Origin: the human T2T-CHM13v2.0 reference genome, Homo sapiens
DNA: 64,000 bases
Reading direction: 5' to 3' (one strand)
NCBI RefSeq assembly: GCF_009914755.1
Contig: NC_060933.1
The translations under genes were made by a program, and so were the position numbers. Under the pieces are notes generated by a model. It was not told the DNA's origin and did no database searches. It saw only the letters and a program-made list of their open reading frames with translations. Positions 1 through 13,618 of the stretch are shown here, piece after piece. The number at the start of each line of letters is the position of its first letter. The first letter of the stretch is position 1.

Positions 1-151
1 GTAATATTTGGATTTAGGGAGCATCAAGTTCCTTGACTGTAAAGTCAACGAAAAAAGAGATATGAAGTCAAAAGAATGGGAGATAATGAACAAGAGGCCA
101 GTAGTTAAAAAGTAAAATTTCAATAAAGAATAACAGTTAAGATGGTCGTTC

Positions 152-530
152 ATGTTATTACCCAAACACTAGGGGTTTCGTCCAGGTCCTCCTGCTCATC
201 GGAGAAAAAGCCAGTCACTGAGGTGACAAGTACTGCCAAGGAAGAAAGCTTTAACCTGGTGCTGCGGCCCAGGAGCTGGGAGCTCAGTCTCAAATCCATG
301 GGCTTGACTAATAGGGGCAGGAAAAAAATTTAACAATGTATAAGAGAACAGAAATTAGGGAGGGGCAGGAGGCATGTGGTGCTGTGATCTGGTATGTTTC
401 AGTTATCTGATACTTCCTGAAGGTCTTTTTTTGAGGAGAGAACTCAGATACAACAGATCCAAGTTTCAAGCTTTAACAGCAGGGTCAATTTTGACGTTCA
501 TCCAAAAAAAAACCATCCATTGGGACAACA
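152..530 (-). mobile_element. ERV1-class (MER4-group) LTR fragment
   Basis: Motifs 'ctaggggtttcgtccaggtcctcctgctc...ggagctcagtctcaaatccat...aagtttcaagctttaa' resemble ERV1 LTRs in antisense; subfamily and ends uncertain. Confidence 0.5.
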
Positions 531-1202
531 GGGCCGGTGTCAATGTAAGCAATGATTCTGTAGTTCCTCTTTGTTCTTTCAAAATCTGAAATAAACAATT
601 GAATTTATATTATATGCTAAATCTAAAGAAAATACATCTTGTTGTACTTGAGGCCAGAAGAGATAGAAGTAAGGCAGTCAAGTTTGGGAACATTATAAAA
701 AATTCAAAAAAAGTAATAAATGCATAAAACTTACAGAGTAACAAGTGCTATTTCAGAATTCTTCTAAATACTAAGTATTGACATGACCTTATCAATATTT
801 GCATTACTAACCATACAATAAGAACCTGACTTCTGACTGTTCTGAGATAAGGGATAAATGTGTACTTTACCTTAAATGGGAAAGTGCATCATGTACCCAC
901 TTCGAGATTCACAACAGGGAAAACTGATTTGAAAAATTGTTGCTTGTGAAGTTCATTTATATGTTAAAAAAAGGCCAATACATTTTCCCTTTTCCACATA
1001 GAAAAGGAACACTATACTTATAAATACTAAAACACAGTCTGTGGAATACAAGGAACCAATAGAAACAGTATGTAGGAAAATGGAAGTGAAAAGATTATAC
1101 ATTGCAAAGACTTCAGTAGAAGGAGTTTTTCATCAACATCATCGGTTTCAGAAGGGCCTGCTTTGGGATACAAAGACAATACTTCAACAGTAACTCCCCC
1201 AA

Positions 1203-1389
1203 GCCAGACGCAGTGACTTATGCCTGTAATCCCAGTAATTTGGGAGGCCAAGGCAGGCAGTGAGGTCTGGAGTTCAAGACAAACCTGGCCCAACAGGGTG
1301 ATACACCGTCTCTACCAAAAAATACAAAAATTAACCAGGTGTAGTGGCATGCACCTATACAGTCCCAGCTATATGGGAGGCTGAGGCAA
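1203..1389 (+). mobile_element. AluJ-like element, 3'-truncated in right arm
   Basis: Left monomer, A5TACA5 linker and start of right monomer; stops at 'gaggctgaggca' with no tail. Confidence 0.85.
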
Positions 1390-2862
1390 ATGTACTCATT
1401 TTTTCATTCCTGCACCCAAGAAACTGCAACCAATCTACTCTGTTAAGAGCAGAGATAAAGGGTTTAGACTCCATATTACATGTGAAATAGAAGAAATGAA
1501 TCAGTTTAGTATGAACTTGTATGCACTTTTGGAGAGGAAAGTAGGTCAAGAAGCCATTAAGATACATGAAGGAAGGTCAAATCTTAAAGAAAACTAGAAA
1601 TTCAGATTTATTTACATAGCTCTAGAAGGAAGAACCAGGAATAGTGGAGAATGAATGTAGAAAACATTTTTAGTGAATGAAAGCATGAGATGATAACACA
1701 AGCAGCCACCAATGGAACAAACTGATGTGCAACAGCGGATTTGCCGTCACTGAAGCTATCCAGTTTCCAACTGTTGCAGGTATTACAGAGCTATCGAGAG
1801 TTTTAGTAGGCGGCTGGGGTTCCTTTCAGATCTGACATGGCATGATGCCAAAATGCTGTACATGCTCTCATCTTTTTCTGGCTCATTTTTTTTCTCTCTT
1901 CAGGTTTCTTAACCTTTTATCTACTTCCCTCTATTAATAATCACCTAAACCATACACTCAGTCTTCTGAAGTAAATTTCTTTATCTTTCACTTCACAAAT
2001 AAACATCTTTGATGGATGAAAACACCGCAGGAAAGCCACCTAAGCAGATATGACTTCTCAACTTTTTTTTTTAAGTGATTTCCATTCATCACTAATTCCA
2101 AACAAAACAATTACAAACTATCATAAAATTATTAGAAAGTGAAAATGGGAAGCATTGGTTAAATATGTGTTTAGTATGCTTCACCATGTCCTCAAACATA
2201 TTTAAAAAGTTAATCCACACTTCTTTAAGTGCATTGGGGGACTTGCTTTAGATTAAGAAATATGTTAACTATTTCAGGACACTAAGGACCTTACAAATCT
2301 GAATTAGCTCAGATTGGCTGCTATCTCCTCAATTATTTTCTGATAAATAAGAAACAAACAGTAAATAGCAACTTGCAGAAAATCTACCAGTAGTACACAA
2401 GGGCAGCCAAACTTCAAAATTCTTGCCACTCAAACTCTAGACGGTTACTATTTACTAAAATGTAAATAATAAAAAGACTTTTCTCAATCTTGTCCTCCAG
2501 AAAGAAAAGCCATAAAGTTCAAACACTAACCAAAAAAAGGGTAAGGAGAAATGTTTATATATTGGCGTTCCTTTTATTAGTGTCTTCACATACAACACTC
2601 CTCAATTTTAAACACCGCTTTCTTTCAGAAGACAAAACCAAGACAAAATGGTAGAAATCAAAGGGTTACAGACTTTGATTTAAAAGGCATAACCTTTTCA
2701 AAAATGAGAGCTATCGATGGATCACTTCTGAGAAGAAATTCCCTGGCACTAGGATAGAGGTTGGAAAACCATCTTTCCAGGTGCTCTAAAATAGAATCCT
2801 CTCATAGTGCAAGAGTCCTTCTAATTCTAGGGGTCTAGGATTATTTTTATTATTATTGTTAC

Positions 2863-2923
2863 CTTTCCCGTTCTGGAAAATCCTCAAGACTCTGTCTTGT
2901 AAATGTCACCAACCCAGTAGGTT
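2863..2923 (-). pseudogene. PARG: PARG-derived exon (61 nt)
   Basis: ctgtag|AA CCT ACT GGG TTG GTG ACA TTT...CCA GAA CGG GAA AG|gtaac; W>R (TGG>CGG). Confidence 0.9.
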
Positions 2924-2979
2924 CTACAGAAGCAATAAAAGAAAAACATACCCAAAATAAGTTTCAATTTTGAAAACAT

Positions 2980-3014
2980 TATACACACACACGTGCACGC
3001 GCGCGCACACACAC
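2980..3014. repeat. 35-bp alternating purine-pyrimidine (CA/CG) tract
   Basis: tatacacacacacgtgcacgcgcgcgcacacacac. Confidence 0.9.
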
Positions 3015-5517
3015 TCGATAAAAGAATAGGTCTAACATTGACTATAAAACTAACCAGGAAATACAAAGCCTAGCATTGGAAAATAACAGAATATTGATTG
3101 AAAATATTATCCTTACAGTAGAAACTCCTATAAAACAGTAAGACTTCACTAAATGAAACTATACAAATAACAGCACAACAGTAGGATTTGAGTGCTGGTA
3201 CTTTTTGGTAAAGTTTTGAAGCTGAATACACTTTTAAAAACAAAACCATTGAAAAAAAGGATGTATAACTGGTACAGCTTATGCAGTAAAGACAAAACTG
3301 AATTCAAATTTGTAGACTCCTTTACAAAGAAAGGACTTAACCCTACATTCAAAGACTGGTGAATAAAGACACATTTATGTACTTTGTAGTAAAGTGAAAT
3401 GCCACAGCTTTAAAAAGAAAATCATTTGCACATCCTCTGAAGTTAGTAAAGCTAAGTTTCAGGCTTAGATAGTGGGCAATCACTCTACTTGTTAGTAGCA
3501 GTCTTAGCCAGAGAAGAAATTACTGGTTCTAAGAGTTTACAGAATAAAGATGACATATTTTTCAAGAAGCAATACATTTGGGAGGATCAAAATGGAGTAG
3601 TATTAATGTAGTCAATAATTTTAAGAGGATGAGATCCTTTTCTAGTCAGATTTATTTATTTTTTAAAGCTAGTAGCAAAAGAAACAAATATATCAGCTGG
3701 CCAGAAGTAATTTGTCTGACTCAAATCAAAGAGCAAACTAAAAAGGCTATGCCATTTCTGTTTTCTTGAATAGAAAAAAGCTCTTAAGGAAAGAGAGAGA
3801 TGTCAGGAACTATTACTGATGACAGTGTATAACCCAGTGAAAGCCTGGCCATCATTTCATTCCTATGCACAATTCCACATTTCCTTGTTCTCAGTCAAAA
3901 GCAGGAACCACTCAAAAACCATACGGAGCAGTTGCAGAAGAAAACAAAATTTTTTGTTAACATAGGTCTTACATTCTTTAGATATCTAACTTTAAGATAA
4001 ACGGATAACATATTTAAAACTCACGAGTAAGTGGTCAAACAACTCTAACACTAGAGATGCAATTCCATGAATATAATAGAAAACATCTCTCTTGTCATTC
4101 GGTAACTTAGCAGAGAAGTAAGAACACCAAATGTCCTTCATATATACTAAGAGATGCTAAGAGAAATTCGTAAACACTGCTGGCAAAGCAAGAAAAGGCA
4201 GAAGAACATGGTTTCTCAGATTAACAAAAAATGCCTTGAGAGCATGTCTGTTAGCTTTCTTTTTCATAACAAGGCAACTTTCATCTCAGAATAGGATACT
4301 CTGATTAATCAAATACTTCCCATAATAAAACCACAATATATACTATGTACAGGTCATAAATTTTCAAAAATCTGATCTATAAGATACTTTATCTAAAACT
4401 ATATAAAAAGTAATTTAATTCAGAAGGCTTTTTAAAACATTTCAGTCTCAAGATCCTCATCAAATATAAAATACACGTTTAACAACACTGAAAAGTTGGT
4501 CCTGATGGAATTCTATTTTATCAATTCTAAAAGGCGGGTTTTTCCACATACTACATTTCTGAAACTGGAATACATCTTTTATAATGGAGGTATCTTACCA
4601 TAGGTCTAGACTAGAGGAGAATTTTCCCAGAGAAGATGTGCATCTGCTTCTGCTGTCATCTGGGAACACTATCAGCCCAACACCATCTGAATTAATCCTT
4701 TGTGGCAGGCCTTTGTGGACCACACTGGTGGTAAGGCTGCACACCCAAAGCTTAGGGCTTGTGGTTCAAATTCTCAGAGAAATGTTTTTTTCTTTCTCTA
4801 TTTAGTGTCAAGGTTGAGACTTGCATGCTTCTTTATGGTCCCTTTTCTGGATGGTCAAGTTAATTTCTCATTTATCCCTAGGTGTACCAGCCTTGTGGGT
4901 TAGGTCTCCTACTAAACTCCCTGTCCTGAGTGTTTTTTCCTTCTTAGAGGTATATAATGTAATAGCACTTTTTAAAAATAATCTATGACATCTTAGATTC
5001 GATGAAATATGGTACCTTAAATAAGCTTCTCAAGTCTATTGAGTAGGCTCCAGAACTTCTACACAACGACTCATTATACTGCAACCTCTTTTATTCTCTT
5101 TAGGATTTCCTCTTTAAACCGTTAGCTTTACATACTGCAGACCAAGAGCAATGTTGTACTGTATTTCTACAAAGAACTTAATTAACATGTACAGTAAAAA
5201 AGTCAGAAAATAAAATGTCTAGTTATAATTTATTTCTTCAAATTCCAAATACTTATAATGGCATATACATTTCTAGTTTAAAAAACAAACTTTTAGCTTT
5301 TTCCTCAAAGTATCTGAAATCCTAAAATGTAGAAAGCCAAGTTAGTTTTTAGAGAAGACATACATGATTTGACTCCCAGGACAAAAAAGTAAACTCTGTA
5401 CTACTTAGTTATAACAATTCTACTTAAAACGGCAACTCAAAGTACTGTAAAAACAAAACAAAAAAGACCAACAGTAATAATTCTACTTAGACCTAGAATA
5501 GCCAAAAAAAAGTAGTC

Positions 5518-5765
5518 ATTTTTTTTTTTAGACATAATCTTGCTCTGTCACCCAGGCTAGAGTGCAGTGGCACAATCTCAGCTCACTGCAACCTCCACTT
5601 CCTGGGTTCAAGTGATTCTTGTGCCTCAGCCTCCTGAGTAGCTGGGATTACAGGCTCCTGCCACCACGCCTGGCTAATTTTTTTATTTTTTATTAGAGAC
5701 AGGGTTTCACCATCTTGACCAAGCTGGTCTGGAACTCCTGACCTCGTGATCCACCACGCCTGGCC
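5518..5765 (-). mobile_element. AluS with internal deletion in left arm
   Basis: Poly-T then antisense Alu; 'gtgatccaccacgcctggcc' skips part of the left monomer. Confidence 0.9.
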
Positions 5766-6937
5766 TTACGTAGTCATCTTTTTAACAAGTCATTACAAAT
5801 TCTAATTTGATTTTGTGTCTCATAGGTCCAAATGATTCTGCATTTTAATATTTCATTCAGTACAGGGCACAAAACTGAAATTCAATAAGCTATGAGACAA
5901 ATAATTCCGTATCAGAGAAGCATATAATTTTCCCTTAAATATTAAAATCCTGATAATTGATTTCATTCTAAAAATTTAACAATGTCCAATAGCAATACAT
6001 TCAAGGGGGAAGATGCCAAGTACACTGTAATGCAAGAGTAAAAGAAGGATATGAGAAAAATGACCTTAAAATTATTCAAAGACATGTTTTAAGACAATCC
6101 TACAACCCAGAACTGAAAAAAAGCCATTTCACTTGACCAGGTTGACATTACCTACTTAGCACAAAGAAACTTTTAAGGTGTTCTGGTTTACATCCACTTG
6201 TAGGAAAGGCTACCCATTGATAATAGCTTACATTTATTAAGCATGTATCTCCTTGTTTAATATCTATAACTACCCTGTAAGATAATAACATTATATTATT
6301 TCATAGGTGATAAAACTGAAGCTTAGAGGTGTCAAGAAACTTGACCACAGTCATTCAGCTTCTGAGATAAGAGTGGCAATACCAATCTATTATCAGCTGG
6401 TCATTACCAGTATTTGTTGGACATTTACTATTACTGCCTCAGCTGCTATCAGGTTTTGGGGAAGCAAGAATGTTAAGGTTCAATAGAGGAAGATGGATAT
6501 AAAACTCAGTACAAAACAGTTTTATGAGAACTCCACAAAGGGCTTGGGGGGCACAAAAGAGAGGAATGGGTAGAAAAGCAATGCGTTAGTTGACTTATAC
6601 AAATAAACTAGTGAATGCTTCTTTAAATAAAGAGCATCCAAAATTTATTTCCTGGTCAATATAGTTTCTCTGGTTTTTATTCATGAAAATGTTTTGATGT
6701 ATAGAATATGTGTCCGATTTCAGAGTATGTAAACCCCGCCCCCCTACATTTATAGCACACATTTATGCTTATACACAACACAAGCATAAAACCGAAGTTA
6801 CCTTGTCGCATCATTACTGTTTCAATGTAGTTGGGACAGGAAGGTTTACGTTAAACACAAAATGTTACTCACATGTCACTTGACTTGAACTGTTCCCATC
6901 AGCAAGAAAAATTACTGCAAGAATGAAAGGAGTTCAC

Positions 6938-7017
6938 TTTTCTCTGTGACTGTTCCAAAGAAGCGGAAGAGCATTTTAAGTTTCTCCGGTTTCCTTGATG
7001 AATGTCCCTCAAACAAC
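6938..7017 (-). pseudogene. PARG: PARG-derived exon (80 nt)
   Basis: ctttag|G TTG TTT GAG GGA...GAG AAA A|gtgaac; several missense changes; weak donor. Confidence 0.88.
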
Positions 7018-7534
7018 CTAAAGGACTTAAAAAATAAGAGAATGAAAGATGAGTTAAAATGCCTTAATGATTCAGAAAGCTACATCCATATTGCTACCAA
7101 GTAACAAAAAGAAATAATTGTTCCAGAAGACAATTCTGTAATGATAAGAACTAGAAAATTGGTTTAGATTCAAATGGCATCTGGAGAGAACTGAAATCAA
7201 CTAGAACCAGCCTTCTTTAAAGCTGTTCAAATCAGACAGCATTTGCTACCAACCACATTTCTCCAACCTATCTTCCACCACAGAGAAGGCACCATCTAGC
7301 CCTCCCAGTCAATTGGGGTCAGTCAGTGCACAGCTACTTTCTCAATGGCTAATAACATTTATAATTCATAATGTTACTACGTAGTTTGATAAGTAACAAT
7401 AACAGTATCTGAAAAAAATCCTTATCTGAGTGTTTTTGAGGAAATGAGAGTGGAGGGGAATGGGGGAAGGACACAGGCAGGTATAACAAGATATCAGGGC
7501 TCAACAATCCTTGTTAATTAAACAACTAGTTTCT

Positions 7535-7890
7535 TTTATGGACTGAATGTTTGTGCCCTCTCAAAATGTATATGTTGAATCTTTAATCCCTAATACAGCT
7601 AAATTTGGAGACAGGGCCTGTGAGGAGGTACTAACAGTTAAATGAGGTCATGGGGTGGGACTCTAATCTGATAGAACTGGTGTCGTTTTAAGACAAGGTG
7701 AGACTACAGTACTCTCCCCTTTGCCATGTGAGGACAAGATGCCAGCCAACCTATAAGCCAGGAAGAAAGCCCTCATCAGGAACCAAAGCAGCAGCACCCT
7801 GATCTACAGCTTCTAGCCTCCAGAACCGTGAGAAAATTAAGCCACCCAGTTCTATGGTATTTTATTATGGCAGCCCAAGCTGACTAATAG
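7535..7890 (+). mobile_element. MLT1A-type MaLR LTR
   Basis: Starts 'tatggactgaatgtttgtg', ends 'atggcagcccaagctgactaata'. Confidence 0.8.
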
Positions 7891-9869
7891 AGATCCTTTG
7901 CACGGTAACCAAAACAGTGCCTACCCTGTGTCATCTAGTTTTCAGCAACCCGGACTTGGATTACTTAATTCAGTTTCCTTTGAAATGATGTGGCATTGTT
8001 ATTGGTAACATGTAATTCAGTTTATTCTGAGGAAAGAAAAGCAGGGCTTTAAAAGCATTATGACCTGAGTAAGTAGTTCACTAAAAAATTTGTAACACAA
8101 AAGCATGCTTTTGAGTATGAGATCTAGCTTTCCAAAGGCATTTAGAAATTATAGAGACTCAGTGGCTATGAATGATGAGGTACTCTTCATCTGCCTCTAG
8201 CCATGTGCTCTGACTTTAAAACCAGAGACCCTTCAAGTAAAGTCCACGTTAGTAAGTGCTGAAATGGGTAATTATTTTTCATGATTACAACAGCAAGCTT
8301 ATGTAACTACGCTGAGAGGGAAAAGTTAATTCCATGAGAAAATCCTATTGAGCGACTGAAATAAATTAGGAAAAGGAAAGGAAATGCAGATTTCAAATGG
8401 TTCCGTTTTCAACGATCTGAAATCTGTATTCAAGGCCAATTTCTGGAAAAACAATTTATGTGAATATTTATTTCCTAGAAAGAATACTAATGTAGGCTAG
8501 TATTTTAACCAAATCTAAAATCAGATCTCTTTTTTAAAAGTTTAAGACAGCCTGTGTGATAATTTTTATTTATTTAAAAGAATCTGTCTTCTAAAATATT
8601 TAATACACATACTCTTATAATCCAGTTGTTAGTTGAAACAGGGTACAGGTTAAATAAGATAGTATTTCTAAATGGATTCTGAACGGATTAAAACTCAATA
8701 AAATGGACATTTTATTGAGTGAATGGAGAGATCTAATCCATCTGGCAAGTCAGTTAAGAGAGCTTCTGCTGCCATTTTTATTGACATGTAATAGTGTAAT
8801 AAACTCACATGTAATACTGTAAACCTCTGTAAAAAAATTTTAACCTAGCCTATTTGTTTAAAGGAGATGTTAACAATTCATGCTCCCTTGAACCACTTCA
8901 TTTTTGCTTTTAGGACAGGACTGTTCATTAACACACACAATCAATTACTAAACACAATTACTGAAATAAATATTATCAAGCAGTAACCAAAAAATTCAAC
9001 GTAAGGCTATCATACCCAAACTCCAATATCCAGAAGCCAATTTAAGTAACCCATGCCTCCTTGGCAAAAGTGTATGGATATTACCTTTTCCTTGTGATAG
9101 TAAAACCTATCCATTTTCTTACATCACCCAAGTATCAGCTTTTACGCTTCCACAAATAAAGCAGACAATGAACATACTGTGTAGAAATCTTGAGCCCTTA
9201 ATTAAAAGGTACTCACAGAGTTGTATCTAAATCATTGGCTACAATGATCTAAAACACACACACAGTTATAGCTAGGTCATTTGCTACAGTGATCTAAACC
9301 ACTTCATTTACATCTTAGTATTAATCACAGGACAAAAACGCTAATATTTTCAGAACTACAGCCAGTGTTGCTATCTGGCACAGGCAACGTGTCTTCAAAA
9401 CCCCATGATACTATGTGTTTGCCCCCAAGTAAATAGGAGGGAGATCCAGGCGCCCCTTCCAAAAGCAACAGCTTAGAGGAGAGAAGGAAAATCAAAGATA
9501 CTGAGACGATTCATTTTAGCCAAAAGCGAACCTGCCACCCCAAAGAGCAAAAAACAAAATCTGAAAACTAAGATGTATGTTATTATATGTTATTCACAGA
9601 ACTTATCTGCAATATTTTTAAAGAAAAAATTACAAAACCGTGTTTCTCAAAATGTTACAATAAAATTTTATGTGTGTAAAGTCTATCTATTTTACGTGTA
9701 CATTTGTGTGTGTGTAAAAGAGAGGGGATTATGAATAAGGAAGCGTATGTACCAAAACATTAGAAGTAGTTATCCTTGGGTAATGAGATTATGATTTTCA
9801 CTTTCCTCTTTATACCTTAATATATCATCTCCAAATTTACAATCAGAATTCATTATAAAGCTATTGCAT

Positions 9870-10013
9870 TTTTATTTATTTATTTATTTTGTGAGACATG
9901 GTCTCACTCTGTCACCCAGGCTGGAGAGTGCAGTGGCGCGATTTCAGCTCACTGCAACCTCGGCCTCCCAGGCTCAAGCGGTCCTCCCACCTGAGCCTCC
10001 TGAGTAGCTGAGA
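9870..10013 (-). mobile_element. AluJ right-arm fragment, truncated at junction with L1
   Basis: (TTTA)n tail and right monomer; homology stops at 'gagtagctgagacca'. Confidence 0.85.
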
Positions 10014-13000
10014 CCAATCAAAGTTAAGTTTTCTTCGGTTTAAAGTAACTTGTTATAATTATGTTGTTTAGCCTCATGGTAACCAGAAAACAAAAATCAA
10101 CAGACACTCTAAACATAAAAAGCAAGGAATTAAAACACTACCAGAAAAAATTACTTCACTACAAATAAAGACAGGAAGAAAGGCAAAGAGGAAAGAGAAG
10201 AAATAAAAAGAGATCAGAAAGAAAAGAGGAAGGGAGAAAGAACAAAAGAAAAAGTAGCAAAACAATCAAGAAAGTAAAAAATGGCAGTAGTATGTTTTTA
10301 TCTATAATAATCTTGAATGTAAATTAAATTAAGACAGAGTGGCTGAATGGATTAAAAGACCCAATTATGTCCTGCCTACAAGGAACTCAGTTCACCTATA
10401 AAGACATACACAGACAAAGTCAAGGGATGATAAGAGATATTCCATACAAACGGAAACAAAAAAAGCAGGAGTAGCTATACTTAGATAAAATAGCCTTTAA
10501 CTCAAAAAAAGAAAAAATAAAGATAATTATATAATGAGAAACAAGTAAACAGCCGTTAAGTGCATATGCAACCAACACTCAAGCACCTAAATATAGATGC
10601 AAATATTAACAGGCTTTAAAGGACAGAGGGACTGCAATACAATAATAGAGTACCTCAACACTCCACCGTAATCAACACCCCACTATCGCGAACGGACAGA
10701 TCATCCAGACAACAAAACATCATCAGTTAAACTGTACTCTATACAGAATGGACCTAACAGACATTTACACAGCTTTTCACTCTGCAACTGCACAATGCTC
10801 ATTCTACTGAGTGGCACATCGATTATTCTACAGGACAGACTGTGTTAGGCCAAAAAACAAGTCACAACACTTTTTTTTTTTTTTGAGGTGGAGTCTCTGT
10901 CTCCCAGGCTGGAGTGCAGTGGCACTATCTCGGCTCACTGCAAGCTCCGCCTCCCGGGTTGACGCCATTCTCCTGCTTCAGCCTCCGGAGGAGCCGGCCA
11001 CCACGCCCGGCTAATTTTTTGTATTTTTAGTAGAGACGGAGTTTCACCGTGTTAGCCAGGATGGTCTCGATCTCCTGACCTCGTGATCCCGCCTCGGTCA
11101 CCCAACACATTTTTAAAAACTGAATTCATATCAAGTATCTTTTCTGACCACAGTCGAATAGTATTAGAAATCAGTAACAGATAGAACTTTAAAAACTGTA
11201 CAAATACATGGAAATTAAAATACACGCTCATGAACAACCAATAAAAGAAATGAAAAAAATACAAGGGAAATTAAATATTTATTGAAACAAGTAAGAATAG
11301 AAACACAACATAAATCCTGTGGGATGCACCAAAGGCAATTCTAAGAGGAAAAGTGTATAGCTATAAATGCCTGCATCAGAAAAGTAGGAAGATCTCAAAT
11401 AGCCTGACAGTACACCTCCAGTAATGAGAAAAACAAGAACAATCAAATGCTAGAATTCGCAGAAAAAATACCATAAAGATTAGAGAAGAAATTTTAAAAA
11501 TAGAAACAAAAAATACAAAAAGTCAATGAAACAAAAGCTGGGGTGTTTTAAAAAAAATCAAAATTGACGAGTTTTAACTAGATGAACTTAGATAAAAAGA
11601 AAACAAAGTCATAAAGAAGGCATTAGAACTGGTAACCCAGAAATACGAAGCATTAAAAGATTACTAAAAACATCACAAAGAAATTGAAAAATCTGGAAGT
11701 GAATACATTTCTAGACACATAACGAATTCCCAAGATAGAATGATAAAAAATAAAAATAAAAAACCTGAACAGACCAATAATGAGGAATGCAATTAAAGCA
11801 GTCATAAAAAGTCTCCTGGCAAAGAAAAACACAAGAATCATGGTTTTCCTGCTGAATTACCAAACATTTTTAAAATAGCTAATATCTATTTTACTCAAAA
11901 TATTCCCCATAAAATGAAGAGGAAGAAAGGCTTCAAAACTTGTTCTATGAGGACAGCATGACCCTGGTACAAAAACCAGACCAGAACACAACACAAAAAG
12001 GAAACCACAGGCAAATATCCCTGATGAACAGAGGTGTAAGAAATCCTCAGCAAAATACTTGAAAATTGCATTTGACAATGCAATAAAAAGATCATCTGCC
12101 ATGATCAAGTGGATTTCATTCAACCCAGGAATATGAGGATGATTCAATAAACACAAATAAATATGCAACATCACATTCAGCAAATCAACAACAAAAACCA
12201 TATAATCATTTCAGTAGACGCTGAAAAAAATAAAAGTCAACATTCCTTCATGATAAAAACTCAACAACATGAGTACAGAAGACACATATCTCAGTGCAAT
12301 AAAGGCCATATATGACAAACCCACAGCTAACATAATCAAGAAGGAAAAGTTAAAAGCTCTTCTCCTCTAAGATCTGGAACAAGTGTGGCTACTTTTACAC
12401 CACTTTTGTTCATCATAATACTGGAAGTCCTAGCTAGAGCAATTAGGAGAATGCAATAAAAGGCATCCAAATTGGAAAAAAGGAGTCAAATTGTCTGTTT
12501 CCAGGTGACATGAACATATATAGAGAGAACCCTAAAGATTCCACAAAAAACCTACTAGAAATAATAAATTAGTCAAGTTCCAAGATACAGTATCAAAATA
12601 TAAAAATGAATACACCCATGCACCAATAGTGAAATATCTAAGAAAGAAATCGAGAAAGCTATTTCATTACCAAAAAAATGATATCTAGGAATAAACTTAA
12701 CCAAAAAGGCAAGAGATCCCAAAATGAAAACTTCATAAAACATAGATGAAAGATACTAAAGCAGACACAAGTAAATGGAAAGATATCCCATCTCTATGCA
12801 CTAGAAGAATGTTAAAATATGTGTATCACCCAATGTGATCTACAGAATCAATGCAATCTATGTTCAATTACAAGACATTCTTCATTGAAATAGAAAAAGA
12901 ATCTCAAAATTCACATGGAAGTTCAAAATACCTCAGATAGACAAAAGAATCTGGAATAAAAAGAAAAGCTGGAGGCATCACACTACCTGATTTCAAAATA

Positions 13001-13618
13001 TACTACAAATTTATAGTAAGGATGGTACTATCAAAACAGTATGGTACTCTCAATAAAAGGGGCGGGGGAGAGACAAGAGAGATGAACGAATGAGACAGAC
13101 AGACATAGACAAGTGAAACAGAATAGAGAAATCATAAATAAATTCACGCGTTTACGGTCAATTCATTTTTAACAAAGGCCCCAAGAACACACCTTCGGGA
13201 AGGACAATCTCTTCAATAAACTGTACTAGGAAAACCCAACACCCACATGTACAAGAATACATCTAGGCCATTACCTTACCATATACAAAAATCTACTCAA
13301 AATAAAGATTTAAATACAGGACCTGAAACTATGAAACTACCAGAGAAGAAAACATAGGATAAATGCTTCATGAAATTGGTTAGGACAAGGAATTTTCAAA
13401 TAGACATCAAAAGCACAAGCAACAAAAGCAAAGATGTAATTACATTAAACTTAAAACCTTTTCCAAAGCAGAGGAAGCAATCAGTATAATGAAGACAGAA
13501 CCCGAGAATGGAAGAAAGTCTTTGCAGCTATGCATCAGGCAAGAGGTTAATACACAAAATATCTAAAGAACTCAAACTACTCAAAAGTGAAAATACAAAT
13601 AATCTTATTTTTAAAAAT
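10014..13618 (+). mobile_element. Old degenerate L1 (L1M/L1PB-type) internal fragment, inter-ORF and ORF2 region
   Basis: L1 ORF2 motifs such as 'tatgacaaacccacagctaacat' and 'gctggaggcatcacactacctgatttcaaaatatactac'; many stops and frameshifts; no 3'UTR or tail. Confidence 0.9.
10871..11103 (-). mobile_element. 5'-truncated AluY inserted in the L1
   Basis: AluY diagnostics 'gcaagctccgcctcccggg' and 'gttagccaggatggtctcgatc'; TSD-like caacac flanks. Confidence 0.88.

Larger units (their letters stand above)
2863..7017 (-). pseudogene. PARG: Unprocessed partial PARG (poly(ADP-ribose) glycohydrolase) pseudogene, two internal exons of the catalytic region
   Basis: Spliced translation [46 protein letters not shown] matches recalled PARG [46 protein letters not shown]; intron phases fit; no 5' exons seen; further 3' exons would lie left of the window. 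Confidence 0.9.
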
